From the NCBI GenBank assembly GCA_964016885.1, contig OZ024744.1, positions 11,408,001-11,472,000 of the forward strand: a stretch of DNA of 64,000 nt, given 5' to 3'. Under the pieces are notes generated by a model, which ran no database searches, was not told the DNA's origin, and was given only the letters and a program-made list of their open reading frames with translations. The position numbers were made by a program, and so were the translations under genes. Shown piece by piece: positions 13,701 through 28,681 of this stretch. Position 1 is the first letter of the stretch; each line of letters begins with the position of its first letter. The DNA is from Eledone cirrhosa. Its lineage: Eukaryota.

Positions 13701-16700
13701 TGTACTCCAATATATCATGTAGTTGTACTCCAATATTTCGTGTTGTTGTACCCCAATATGTAGTGTTGTTTATACTCCAATATGTTTTGCTGTTGTACTC
13801 CAATATGATGTGCTGTTGTACTCCAATATGTTGTATTGTTGTTCTCCAATATGTCATGTTATACTCCAATAAGTTGTGTTCTTGTACTCCAATATGTTGT
13901 GTTGTTGTACTCCAATATATCATGTTGTCGTACTCCAATATGTCATGTTATACTCCAATATGTCATTGTTGTACTCCAATATGTCATTGTTGTACTCCAA
14001 TATGTCGTGTTGTTGTACTCCAATATGTCGTGTTGTTGTACTCCAATATGCTGTGTTGTTATACTCCAATATGTTGTGTTGTTGTACTCCAATATGTTGT
14101 GTTGTTATACTCCAATATGTTGTGTTGTTGTACTCCAATATGTCATGTTGTTGTACTCCAATATGTTGCGTTGTTGTACTCCAATATATCATGTTGTCGT
14201 ACTCCAATATGTTTTGATGTTGTACTCCAATATGTTGTGTTGTTGTACTCCAATATGTTGTGTAGTCGTACTCCAATATGTTGTGTTGTTGTACTCCAAT
14301 ATGCTGTGATGTTGTACTCCAATATGATGTGCTGTTGTACTCCAATGCGTTGTGTTGTTGTACTCCAATATGCTGTGTTGTTATACTCCAATATGTTGTG
14401 TTGTTATACTCCAATCTGTTGTGTTGTTATACTCCAATATATTGTGTTGTTATACTCCAATATGTTGTGTTGTTTTACTCCAATATCTTGTATTGTTGTT
14501 CTCCAATATGTCATGTTATACTCCAATAAGTTGTGTTCTTGTACTCCAATATGTTGTGTTGTTGTACTCCAATATGTTGTGTTGTTGTACTCCAATATAT
14601 CATGTTGTCGTACTCCAATATGTCATGTTATACTCCAATGTGTCATTGTTGTACTCCAATATGTCGTGTTGTTGTACTCCAATATGTCGTGTTGTTGTAC
14701 TCCAATATGTTGTGTTGTTGTACTCCAATATGTTGTGTTGTTGTACTCCAATATGTTGTGTTGTTATACTCCAATATGTTATGTTGTTGTACTCCAATAT
14801 GTCATGTTGTTGTACTCCAATATGTTTTGATGTTGTACTCCAATATGTCGTGTTGTTATACTCCAATATGTTATGATGTTGTACTCCAATATATTGTGTT
14901 GTTGTACTCCAATATGTTGTGTTGCTGTACTCCAATATGTTGTGTCGTTGTACTCCAATACGTTGTGTTGTTGTACTCCAATATGTTGTGTTGTTGTACT
15001 CCAATATGTTGTTGTACTCCAATATGCCATGTTGTCGTACTCCAATATTTCGTGTTGTTGTACTCCAATATGTCATGATGTTGTACTCCAATATGTTGTG
15101 TTGTTGTACTCCAATATGTTGTGTTGTTGTACTCCAATATGTTGTGTTGTTGTACTCCAATATGTTGTGTTGTTGTACTCCAATATGTTGTGTTGTTGTA
15201 CTCCAATATGTTGTGTTGTTGTACTCCAATATGTTGTGTTGTTGTACTCCAATATGCCATGTTGTTATACTCCAATATGTGGTGGTGTTGTACTCCAATA
15301 TGTCATGTTGTTGTACTCCAATATTTCGTGTTGTTGTACTCCAATATGTCATAGGGGTTGTACTCCAATATGCTGTGTTGCTGTACTCCAATAGGTTGTG
15401 TTGTTGTACTCCAATATGTTGTGTTGTTGTACTCCAATCTATATCGCTGTTGTACTCCAATATGTTGTGTTGTTGTACTCCAATATGTTGTGCTGTTGTA
15501 CTCCAATATGTTGTGCTGTTGTGCTCCAATATTTTGTGCTGTTATACTCCAATATATTGTGTTGTTATAATCCAATATGTTGTGTTGTTGTACTCCAAAA
15601 TATTGTGTTGTTATACTCCAATATGTTGTGTTGTTATACTCCAATAAGTTGTGCTGTTATACTCCAATATGTTGTGTTGTTGTACTCCAATATGTTGTGC
15701 TGTTATACTCCAATATTTTGTGTTGTTATACTCCAATATGTGGTATTGTTGTACTCCAATATGTTGTGCTGTTGTACTCCAATATGTTGTGTTGTTATAC
15801 TCCAACATGTTGTGTTGTTATACTCCAATATGTTGTGTTGTTATACTCGAATATGTTGTGTTGTTATACTCGAATATCTTGTGTTGTTATACTCGAATAT
15901 GTTGTGCTGTTGTACTCCAATATGTCGTGTTGTTGTACTCCAATATATCATGTAGTTGTACTCCAATATTTCGTGTTGTTGTACCCCAATATGTAGTGTT
16001 GTTTATACTCCAATATGTTTTGCTGTTGTACTCCAATATGTTGTGTTGCTGTACTCCTATATGTTGTGTTGTTATTCTCCAATATGTTGTGCTGTTGTAC
16101 TCCAATGTGTTGTGTTGTTATACTCCAATATGTTGTGTTGATTTACTCCAATATGTTGTGTTGTTGTACTCCAATCTGTTGTGTTGTTATACTCCAATGT
16201 GTTGTGTTGTTATACTCCAATATGTTGTGTTGTTGTAGTCCAATATGTTGTGTTGTCGTACTCCAATATGTTGTGTTGTTATACTCCAATATTTCGTGTG
16301 GTTGTACTCCAATATGTCATGGTGTTGTACTTCAATATGTCGTGTTGTTGTACTCCAATATGTTGTCTTGCTGTACTCCAATATGTTGTGTTGTTGTACT
16401 CCAATATCTTGTGTTCTTATACTCCAATATGTTGTGTTGTTATACTCCAATATGTTGTGTTGTTGTACTCCAATATGTTGTGCTGTTTTACTCCAATATG
16501 TTGTGTTGTTGTACTCCAATATGTTGTATTGTTTTTCTCCAATATGTCATGTTATACTCCAATAAGTTGTGTTCTTGTACTCCAATATGTTGTGTTGTTG
16601 TACTCCAATATATCATGTTGTCGTACTCCAATATGTCATGTTATACTCCAATATGTCATTGTTGTACTCCAATATGTCGTGTTGTTGTACTCCAATATGT

Positions 16701-19700
16701 CGTGTTGTTGTACTCCAATATGTTGTGTTGTTGTACTCCAATATGTTGTGTTGTTGTACTCCAATATGTTGTGTTGTTATACTCCAATATGTTATGTTGT
16801 TGTACTCCAATATGTCATGTTGTTGTACTCCAATATGTTTTGATGTTGTACTCCAATATGTTGTGTTGTTGTACTCCAATATGTTTTGATGTTGTAGTCC
16901 AATATGTTGTGTTGTTGTACTCCAATATGTTGTGTAGTCGTACTCCAATATGTTGTGTTGTTGTACTCCAATATGCTGTGATGTTATACTCCAATATGAT
17001 GTGCTGTTGTACTCCAATGCGTTGTGTTGTTGTACTCCAATATGCTGTGTTGTTATACTCCAATATGTTGTGTTGTTGTACTCCAATATGTTGTGTTGTT
17101 GTACTCCAATATGTTGTGTTGTTGTAATCCAATATCTTGTGTAGTTATACTCCAATATGTTGTGCTGTTGTACTCCAATATGTTGAGTTGTTATACTCCA
17201 ATATGTAGTGTTGTTATACTCCAATATGTTGTGTTGTTGTACTCCAATCTGTTGCGTTATACTCCAATATGTTGTGTTGTTATACTCCAATATGTTGTGT
17301 TGTTGTACTCCAATATGTTGTGTAGTCGTATTCCAATATGTTGTGTTGTTGTACTCTAATATGTTTTGTTGTTATTCTCCAATATGTTGTGATGTTGTAC
17401 TCCAATGTGTTGTGTTGTTGTACTCCAATGTGATGTGTTGCTGTACTCCAATATGTTGTGCTGTTGTACTCCAATATTTTTTTGTTTTTTGTACTCCAAT
17501 ATGTTGTGTTGTTATACTCCAATATGTTGTGTTGTTATACTCCAATATGGTGTGTTGTTGTACTCCAATATGTTGTATTGTTTTCTCCAATATGTCATGT
17601 TATACTCCAATATGGTGTGTTCGTGTACTCCAATATGTTGTGTTATTGTACTCCAATATGTTGCGTTGTTGTACTCCAATATGTTGTGTTGTTATACTCC
17701 AATATGTCGTGTGGCTGTACTCCAATATGTCATGTTGTTGTACTCCAATATGTCTTGTTATAGTCCAATATGTCGTGTTGTTGTACTCCAATATATCATG
17801 TAGTTGTACTCCAATATTTCGTGTTGTTGTACCCCAATATGTAGTGTTGTTTATACTCCAATATGTTTTGCTGTTGTACTCCAATATGTTGTGTTGCTGT
17901 ACTCCTATATGTTGTGTTGTTATTCTCCAATATGTTGTGCTGTTGTACTCCAATGTGTTGTGTTGTTATACTCCAATGTGTTGTGTTGTTATACTCCAAT
18001 ATGTTGTGTTGTTGTAGTCCAATATGTTGTGTTGTCGTACTCCAATATGTTGTGTTGTTATACTCCAATATTTCGTGTGGTTGTACTCCAGTATGTCATG
18101 GTGTTGTACTTCAATATGTCGTGTTGTTGTACTCCAATATGTTGTGTTGTTGTACTCCAATATGTTGTATTGTTATACTCCAATATGTTATGTTGTTGTA
18201 CTCCAATATGTCATGTTGTTGTACTCCAATATGTTTTGATGTTGTACTCCAATATGTTGTGTTGTTGTACTCCAATATGTTTTGATGTTGTACTCCAATA
18301 TGTTGTGTTGTTGTACTCCAATATGCTGTGTAGTCGTACTCCAATATGTTGTGTTGTTGTACTCCAATATGCTGTGATGTTGTACTCCAATATGATGTGC
18401 TGTTGTACTCCAATGCGTTGTGTTGTTGTACTCCAATATGCTGCGTTGTTATACTCCAATATGTTGTGTTGTTGTACTCCAATATGTTGTGTTGTTGTAC
18501 TCCAATATGTTGTGTTGTTGTAATCCAATATCTTGTGTTGTTATACTCCAATATGTTGTGCTGTTGTACTCCAATATGTTGAGTTGTTATACTCCAATAT
18601 GTAGTGTTGTTATACTCCAATATGTTGTGTTGTTGTACTCCAATCTGTTGCGTTATACTCCAATATGTTGTGTTGTTATACTCCAATATGTTGTGTTGTT
18701 ATACTCCAATATGTTGTGTTGCTTTACTCCAATATGTTGTATTGTTGATCTCCAATATGTCATATTATACTCCAATAAGTTGTGTTCTTGTACTCCAATA
18801 TGTGTTGTTGTTGTACTCCAATATGTTGCGTTGTTGTACTCCAATATATCATGTTGTCGTACTCCAATATGTCATGTTATACTCCAATATGTTTTGATGC
18901 TGTACTCCAATATGTTGTGTTGTTGTACTACAATATGTTGTGTTGTTGTACTCCAATATGTTGTGTTGTTATACTCCAATATGGTGTGCTGTTGTACTCC
19001 AATATGTTGTGTTGTTATACTCCAATATGTAGTGTTGTTATACTCCAATATGTTGTGTTGTTGTACTCCAATCTGTTGTGTTGTTATACTCCAATATATT
19101 GTGTTGTTATACTCCAATATGTTGTGTTGTTTTACTCCAATATGTTGTGTTGTTGTACTCCAATATGTTGTGTTCTTGTACTCCAATATGTCGTGTTGTC
19201 GTACTCCAATATGTTGTGTTGTTGTACTCCAATATGTTGTGCTGTTGTACTCCAATATGTTGTGTTGTTGTACTCCAATATGTTGTGTTGTTATACTCCA
19301 ATATGTTGTGCTGTTGTACTCCAATATTCCGTGTTGTTGTACTCCAATACGTCGTGTTGTACTCCAATATGTTGTGTTGTTATACTCCAATATGTTATGT
19401 TGTTGTACTCCAATGTGTCTTGTTGTTGTACTCCAATATGTTTTGATGTTGTACTCCAATATGTTTTGTTGTTATTCTCCAATATGTTGTGATGTTGTAC
19501 TCCAATGTGATGTGTTGTTGTACTCCAATATGTTGTGCTGTTGTACTCCAATATTTTTTGTTTTTTGTACTCCAATATGTTGTGTTGTTATACACCAATA
19601 TGTTGTGTTGTTATACTCCAATATGGTGTGTTGTTGTACTCCAATATGTTGTATTGTTTTCTCCAATATGTCATGTTATACTCCAATATGGTGTGTTCGT

Positions 19701-21314
19701 GTACTCCAATATGTTGCGTTATTGTACTCCAATATGTTGCGTTGTTGTACTCCAATATGTTGTGTTGTTATACTCCAATATGTCGTGTGGCTGTACTCCA
19801 ATATGTCATGTTGTTGTACTCCAATATGTCTTGTTATAGTCCAATATGTCGTGTTGTTGTACTCCAATATATCATGTAGTTGTACTCCAATATTTCGTGT
19901 TGTTGTACCCCAATATGTAGTGTTGTTTATACTCCAATATGTTTTGCTGTTGTACTCCAATATGTTGTGTTGCTGTACTCCTATATGTTGTGTTGTTATT
20001 CTCCAATATGTTGTGCTGTTGTACTCCAATGTGTTGTGTTGTTATACTCCAATGTGTTGTGTTGTTATACTCCAATATGTTGTGTTGTTGTAGTCCAATA
20101 TGTTGTGTTGTTATACTCCAATATTTCGTGTGGTTGTACTCCAATATGTCATGGTGTTGTACTTCAATATGTCGTGTTGTTGTACTCCAATATGTTGTCT
20201 TGTTGTACTCCAATCTGTTGTATTGTTGTACTTCAATATGTTCTGTTCATGTACTCCAATATATTGTGTTGTTGTACTCCAATATGTTGTGTTGTTGTAC
20301 TCCAATATGTTGTGCTTTTGTACTCCAATATGTTTTGCTGTTGTACTCCACTGTGTTGTGTTGTTGAACTCCAATATGTTGTGTTGTTGTTCTCCAATAT
20401 TTTGTGCTGTTGTACTCCAATGTGTTGTGTTGTTATACTCCAATATGTTGTGTTGTGATACTCCAATGTGTTGTGTTGTTGTACTCCAATATGTTGTGTT
20501 GTTGTACTCCAATATGTTGTGTTGTTATACACCAATGTGGTGTGCTGTTGTAATCCAATATGTTATGTTGTACTCCAATATGTTGTGTTGTTATACTCCA
20601 ATATGTAGTGTTGTTATACTCCAATATGTTGTGTTGTTGTACTCCAATCTGTTGTGTTATACTCCAATATGTTGTGTTGTTATACTCCAATATGTTGTGT
20701 TGTTATACTCCAATATGGTGTGTTGTTGTACTCCAATATGTTGTATTGTTTTCTCCAATATGTCATGTTATACTCCAATATGGTGTGTTCGTGTACTCCA
20801 ATATGTTGTGTTATTGTACTCCAATATGTTGCGTTGTTGTACTCCAATATGTTGTGTTGTTATACTCCAATATGTCGTGTGGCTGTACTCCAATATGTCA
20901 TGTTGTTGTACTCCAATATGTCTTGTTATAGTCCAATATGTCGTGTTGTTGTACTCCAATATATCATGTAGTTGTACTCCAATATTTCGTGTTGTTGTAC
21001 CCCAATATGTAGTGTTGTTTATACTCCAATATGTTTTGCTGTTGTACTCCAATATGTTGTGTTGCTGTACTCCTATATGTTGTGTTGTTATTCTCCAATA
21101 TGTTGTGCTGTTGTACTCCAATGTGTTGTGTTGTTATACTCCAATGTGTTGTGTTGTTATACTCCAATATGTTGTGTTGTTGTAGTCCAATATGTTGTGT
21201 TGTCGTACTCCAATATTTTGTGTTGTTATACTCCAATATTTCGTGTGGTTGTACTCCAATATGTCATGGTATTGTACTTCAATATGTCGTGTTGTTGTAC
21301 TCCAATATGTTGTC
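10778..21314 (+). repeat. 10,537-bp higher-order repeat, copy 2
   Basis: Offset +10,537 to both neighbours (10959->21496, 12869->23406). One visible difference from copy 1: C3471 vs T14008. Confidence 0.95.
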
Positions 21315-24300
21315 TTGTTGTACTCCAATCTGTTGTATTGTTGTACTTCAATATGTTCTGTTGTTGTACTCCAATATATTGTGTTGTTGTACTCCAATAT
21401 GTTGTGTTGTTGTACTCCAATATGCTGTGTTGTTGTACTCCAATATGTTGTGTTGTTGTACTCCAATATGTTGAGTTGTTGTAGTCCAATATCTTGTGTT
21501 CTTATACTCCAATATGTTGTGTTGTTATACTCCTATATGTTGTGTTGTTGTACTCCAATATGTTGTGCTGTTGTACTCCAATATGATGTGCTGTTGTACT
21601 CCAATATGTTGTGTTGTTGTACTCCAATGTGTTGTGTTGTTGTACTCCAATATGTTGTGCCGTTGTACTCCAATATTTTTTTTGTTTTTGTACTCCAAAA
21701 TATTGTGTTGTTATACTCCAATATGTTGTGTTGGTGTACTCCAATATGGTGTGCTGTTGTACTCCAAATCTCGTGTTGTTATACTCCAATGTGTTGTGTT
21801 GTTATACTCCAATATGGTGTGTTGTTGAACTCCAATATGTTGTATTGTTTTTCTCCAATATGTCATGTTATACTCCAATATGTTGTGTTCATGTACTCCA
21901 ATATGTTGTGTTATTGTACTCCAATATGTTGCGTTGTTGTACTCCAATATGTTGTGTTGTTATACTCCAATATGTTGTGTTGTTGTACTCCAATATGTCA
22001 TGTTGTTGTACTCCAGTATGTCTTGTTATACTCCAATATGTCGTGTTGCTGTACTCCAATATGTCATGCTGTTGTACTCCAATATTTCGTGTCGTTGTAC
22101 GCCAATATGTTGTGCTTTTGTACTCCAATATGTTTTGCTGTTGTACTCCACTGTGTTGTGTTGTTGAACTCCAATATGTTGTGTTGTTGTTCTCCAATAT
22201 TTTGTGCTGTTGTACTCCAATGTGTTGTGTTGTTATACTCCAATATGTTGTGTTGTGATACTCCAATGTGTTGTGTTGTTGTACTCCAATATGTTGTGTT
22301 GTTGTACTCCAATATGTTGTGTTGTTATACACCAATGTGGTGTGCTGTTGTAATCCAATATGTTATGTTGTACTCCAATATGTTGTGTTGTTATACTCCA
22401 ATATGTAGTGTTGTTATACTCCAATATGTTGTGTTGTTGTACTCCAATCTGTTGTGTTATACTCCAATATGTTGTGTTGTTGTACTCCAATATGTTGTAT
22501 TGTTGTTCTCCAATATGTCATGCTATACTCCAATAAGTTGTGTTCTTGTACTCCAATATGTTTTGTTGTTGTACTCCAATATGTTGTGTTGTTGTACTCC
22601 AATATATCATGTTGTCGTACTCCAATATGTCATGTTATACTCCAATATGTCGTTGTTATACTCCAATATGTCATGTTGCTGTACTCCAACATGTCGTGTT
22701 GTAGTACTCCAATATGTTTTGATGTTGTACTCCAATATGTTGTGTTGTTGTACTCCAATATGTTGTGTTGTTGTACTCCAATATGTTGTGTTGTTATACT
22801 CCAATATGTTGTGTTGTTATACTCCAATATGTTGTGCTGTTGTACTCCAATATGTCATGTTGTTGTACTCCGATATTTCGTGTTGTTCTACTCCAATATT
22901 TCGTGTTGTTGTACTCCAATATCTCGTGGTGTTGTACTCCAATATGTTTTGATGTTGTACTCCAATATGTCGTGTTGTTGTACTCCAATATGTTGTGTTG
23001 TTGTACTCCAATATGCTGTGTTGTTATACTCCTATATGTTGTGCTGTTGTACTTCAATATGTTGTGTTCTACTCCAATATGTTGTGTTGTTCTACTCCAA
23101 TATGTTGTGTTGTTGTACTCCAATATGTGATGTTGTTGTACTCCAATATGTCGTATTGTTGTACTCCAATATATTGTGTTGTTATACTCCAATATTTCGT
23201 GTTGTTTTAGTCCAATATGTCATGTTGTTTTACTCCAATATTTCGTGTTGTTGTACTCCAATATGTCATGGTGTTGTACTTCAATATGTCGTATTGTTGT
23301 ACTCAAATATGTTGTGTTGTTGTTCTCCAATATGTCGTGTTGTTATACTCCAATATGTTATGATGTTGTACTCCAATATATTGTGTTGTTGTACTCCAAT
23401 ATGTTGTGTTGCTGTACTCCAATATGTTGTGTCGTTGTACTCCAATATGTTGTGTTGTTGTACTCCAATATGTTGTGTTGTTGTACTCCAATATGTTGTT
23501 GTACTCCAATATGCCATGTTGTTATACTCCAATATTTCGTGGCGTTGTACTCCAATATGTCATGTTGTTGTACTCCAATATTTCGTGTTGTTGTACTCCA
23601 ATATGTCGTAGGGGTTGTACTCCAATATGGTGTGTTGTTGTACTCCAATATGCTGTGTTGCTGTACTCCAATAGGTTGTGTTGTTGTACTCCAATATGCT
23701 GTGTTGGCTGTGCTCCAATACGTTGTGTTGTTGTACTCCAATATGTTGTGCTGCTGTACTCCAATATGTTGTGTTGTTGTACTCCAATATGTTGTGTTGT
23801 TGTACTCCAATATGTTGTGTTGTTGTACTCCAATCTATATCGCTGTTGTACTCCAATATGTTGTGTTGTTGTACTCCAATATGTTGTGTTGTTGTACTCC
23901 AAAATATTGTGTTGTTATACTCCAATATGTTGTGTTGTTATACTCCAATATGTTGTGCTGTTATACTCCAATATGTTGTGTTGTTGTACTCCAATATGTT
24001 GTGCTGTTATACTCCAATATTTTGTGTTGTTATACTCCAATATGTGGTATTGTTGTACTCCAATATGTTGTGCTGTTGTCCTCCAATATGTTGTGTTGTT
24101 ATACTCCAACATGTTGTGTTGTTATACTCCAATATGTTGTGTTGTTATACTCGAATATTTTGTGTTGTTATACTCGAATATCTTGTGTTGTTATACTCGA
24201 ATATGTTGTGCTGTTGTACTCCAATATGTCGTGTTGTTGTACTCCAATATATCATGTAGTTGTACTCCAATATTTCGTGTTGTTGTACCCCAATATGTAG

Positions 24301-27300
24301 TGTTGTTTATACTCCAATATGTTTTGCTGTTGTACTCCAATATGATGTGCTGTTGTACTCCAATATGTTGTATTGTTGTTCTCCAATATGTCATGTTATA
24401 CTCCAATAAGTTGTGTTCTTGTACTCCAATATGTTGTGTTGTTGTACTCCAATATATCATGTTGTCGTACTCCAATATGTCATGTTATACTCCAATATGT
24501 CATTGTTGTACTCCAATATGTCATTGTTGTACTCCAATATGTCGTGTTGTTGTACTCCAATATGTCGTGTTGTTGTACTCCAATATGCTGTGTTGTTATA
24601 CTCCAATATGTTGTGTTGTTGTACTCCAATATGTTGTGTTGTTATACTCCAATATGTTGTGTTGTTGTACTCCAATATGTCATGTTGTTGTACTCCAATA
24701 TGTTGCGTTGTTGTACTCCAATATATCATGTTGTCGTACTCCAATATGTTTTGATGTTGTACTCCAATATGTTGTGTTGTTGTACTCCAATATGTTGTGT
24801 AGTCGTACTCCAATATGTTGTGTTGTTGTACTCCAATATGCTGTGATGTTGTACTCCAATATGATGTGCTGTTGTACTCCAATGCGTTGTGTTGTTGTAC
24901 TCCAATATGCTGTGTTGTTATACTCCAATATGTTGTGTTGTTATACTCCAATCTGTTGTGTTGTTATACTCCAATATATTGTGTTGTTATACTCCAATAT
25001 GTTGTGTTGTTTTACTCCAATATCTTGTATTGTTGTTCTCCAATATGTCATGTTATACTCCAATAAGTTGTGTTCTTGTACTCCAATATGTTGTGTTGTT
25101 GTACTCCAATATGTTGTGTTGTTGTACTCCAATATATCATGTTGTCGTACTCCAATATGTCATGTTATACTCCAATGTGTCATTGTTGTACTCCAATATG
25201 TCGTGTTGTTGTACTCCAATATGTCGTGTTGTTGTACTCCAATATGTTGTGTTGTTGTACTCCAATATGTTGTGTTGTTGTACTCCAATATGTTGTGTTG
25301 TTATACTCCAATATGTTATGTTGTTGTACTCCAATATGTCATGTTGTTGTACTCCAATATGTTTTGATGTTGTACTCCAATATGTCGTGTTGTTATACTC
25401 CAATATGTTATGATGTTGTACTCCAATATATTGTGTTGTTGTACTCCAATATGTTGTGTTGCTGTACTCCAATATGTTGTGTCGTTGTACTCCAATACGT
25501 TGTGTTGTTGTACTCCAATATGTTGTGTTGTTGTACTCCAATATGTTGTTGTACTCCAATATGCCATGTTGTCGTACTCCAATATTTCGTGTTGTTGTAC
25601 TCCAATATGTCATGATGTTGTACTCCAATATGTTGTGTTGTTGTACTCCAATATGTTGTGTTGTTGTACTCCAATATGTTGTGTTGTTGTACTCCAATAT
25701 GTTGTGTTGTTGTACTCCAATATGTTGTGTTGTTGTACTCCAATATGTTGTGTTGTTGTACTCCAATATGTTGTGTTGTTGTACTCCAATATGCCATGTT
25801 GTTATACTCCAATATGTGGTGGTGTTGTACTCCAATATGTCATGTTGTTGTACTCCAATATTTCGTGTTGTTGTACTCCAATATGTCATAGGGGTTGTAC
25901 TCCAATATGCTGTGTTGCTGTACTCCAATAGGTTGTGTTGTTGTACTCCAATATGTTGTGTTGTTGTACTCCAATCTATATCGCTGTTGTACTCCAATAT
26001 GTTGTGTTGTTGTACTCCAATATGTTGTGCTGTTGTACTCCAATATGTTGTGCTGTTGTGCTCCAATATTTTGTGCTGTTATACTCCAATATATTGTGTT
26101 GTTATAATCCAATATGTTGTGTTGTTGTACTCCAAAATATTGTGTTGTTATACTCCAATATGTTGTGTTGTTATACTCCAATAAGTTGTGCTGTTATACT
26201 CCAATATGTTGTGTTGTTGTACTCCAATATGTTGTGCTGTTATACTCCAATATTTTGTGTTGTTATACTCCAATATGTGGTATTGTTGTACTCCAATATG
26301 TTGTGCTGTTGTACTCCAATATGTTGTGTTGTTATACTCCAACATGTTGTGTTGTTATACTCCAATATGTTGTGTTGTTATACTCGAATATGTTGTGTTG
26401 TTATACTCGAATATCTTGTGTTGTTATACTCGAATATGTTGTGCTGTTGTACTCCAATATGTCGTGTTGTTGTACTCCAATATATCATGTAGTTGTACTC
26501 CAATATTTCGTGTTGTTGTACCCCAATATGTAGTGTTGTTTATACTCCAATATGTTTTGCTGTTGTACTCCAATATGTTGTGTTGCTGTACTCCTATATG
26601 TTGTGTTGTTATTCTCCAATATGTTGTGCTGTTGTACTCCAATGTGTTGTGTTGTTATACTCCAATATGTTGTGTTGATTTACTCCAATATGTTGTGTTG
26701 TTGTACTCCAATCTGTTGTGTTGTTATACTCCAATGTGTTGTGTTGTTATACTCCAATATGTTGTGTTGTTGTAGTCCAATATGTTGTGTTGTCGTACTC
26801 CAATATGTTGTGTTGTTATACTCCAATATTTCGTGTGGTTGTACTCCAATATGTCATGGTGTTGTACTTCAATATGTCGTGTTGTTGTACTCCAATATGT
26901 TGTCTTGCTGTACTCCAATATGTTGTGTTGTTGTACTCCAATATCTTGTGTTCTTATACTCCAATATGTTGTGTTGTTATACTCCAATATGTTGTGTTGT
27001 TGTACTCCAATATGTTGTGCTGTTTTACTCCAATATGTTGTGTTGTTGTACTCCAATATGTTGTATTGTTTTTCTCCAATATGTCATGTTATACTCCAAT
27101 AAGTTGTGTTCTTGTACTCCAATATGTTGTGTTGTTGTACTCCAATATATCATGTTGTCGTACTCCAATATGTCATGTTATACTCCAATATGTCATTGTT
27201 GTACTCCAATATGTCGTGTTGTTGTACTCCAATATGTCGTGTTGTTGTACTCCAATATGTTGTGTTGTTGTACTCCAATATGTTGTGTTGTTGTACTCCA

Positions 27301-28681
27301 ATATGTTGTGTTGTTATACTCCAATATGTTATGTTGTTGTACTCCAATATGTCATGTTGTTGTACTCCAATATGTTTTGATGTTGTACTCCAATATGTTG
27401 TGTTGTTGTACTCCAATATGTTTTGATGTTGTAGTCCAATATGTTGTGTTGTTGTACTCCAATATGTTGTGTAGTCGTACTCCAATATGTTGTGTTGTTG
27501 TACTCCAATATGCTGTGATGTTATACTCCAATATGATGTGCTGTTGTACTCCAATGCGTTGTGTTGTTGTACTCCAATATGCTGTGTTGTTATACTCCAA
27601 TATGTTGTGTTGTTGTACTCCAATATGTTGTGTTGTTGTACTCCAATATGTTGTGTTGTTGTAATCCAATATCTTGTGTAGTTATACTCCAATATGTTGT
27701 GCTGTTGTACTCCAATATGTTGAGTTGTTATACTCCAATATGTAGTGTTGTTATACTCCAATATGTTGTGTTGTTGTACTCCAATCTGTTGCGTTATACT
27801 CCAATATGTTGTGTTGTTATACTCCAATATGTTGTGTTGTTGTACTCCAATATGTTGTGTAGTCGTATTCCAATATGTTGTGTTGTTGTACTCTAATATG
27901 TTTTGTTGTTATTCTCCAATATGTTGTGATGTTGTACTCCAATGTGTTGTGTTGTTGTACTCCAATGTGATGTGTTGCTGTACTCCAATATGTTGTGCTG
28001 TTGTACTCCAATATTTTTTGTTTTTTGTACTCCAATATGTTGTGTTGTTATACTCCAATATGTTGTGTTGTTATACTCCAATATGGTGTGTTGTTGTACT
28101 CCAATATGTTGTATTGTTTTCTCCAATATGTCATGTTATACTCCAATATGGTGTGTTCGTGTACTCCAATATGTTGTGTTATTGTACTCCAATATGTTGC
28201 GTTGTTGTACTCCAATATGTTGTGTTGTTATACTCCAATATGTCGTGTGGCTGTACTCCAATATGTCATGTTGTTGTACTCCAATATGTCTTGTTATAGT
28301 CCAATATGTCGTGTTGTTGTACTCCAATATATCATGTAGTTGTACTCCAATATTTCGTGTTGTTGTACCCCAATATGTAGTGTTGTTTATACTCCAATAT
28401 GTTTTGCTGTTGTACTCCAATATGTTGTGTTGCTGTACTCCTATATGTTGTGTTGTTATTCTCCAATATGTTGTGCTGTTGTACTCCAATGTGTTGTGTT
28501 GTTATACTCCAATGTGTTGTGTTGTTATACTCCAATATGTTGTGTTGTTGTAGTCCAATATGTTGTGTTGTCGTACTCCAATATGTTGTGTTGTTATACT
28601 CCAATATTTCGTGTGGTTGTACTCCAGTATGTCATGGTGTTGTACTTCAATATGTCGTGTTGTTGTACTCCAATATGTTGT
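21315..28681 (+). repeat. 10,537-bp higher-order repeat, partial copy 3 (~0.7 unit)
   Basis: Offset +10,537 holds to ~28,010, then +10,536 after a T7->T6 change (6940 vs 28014). Collinearity with copy 2 is lost at 28,682 (gttgtcttg vs gttgtgttg). Confidence 0.9.
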
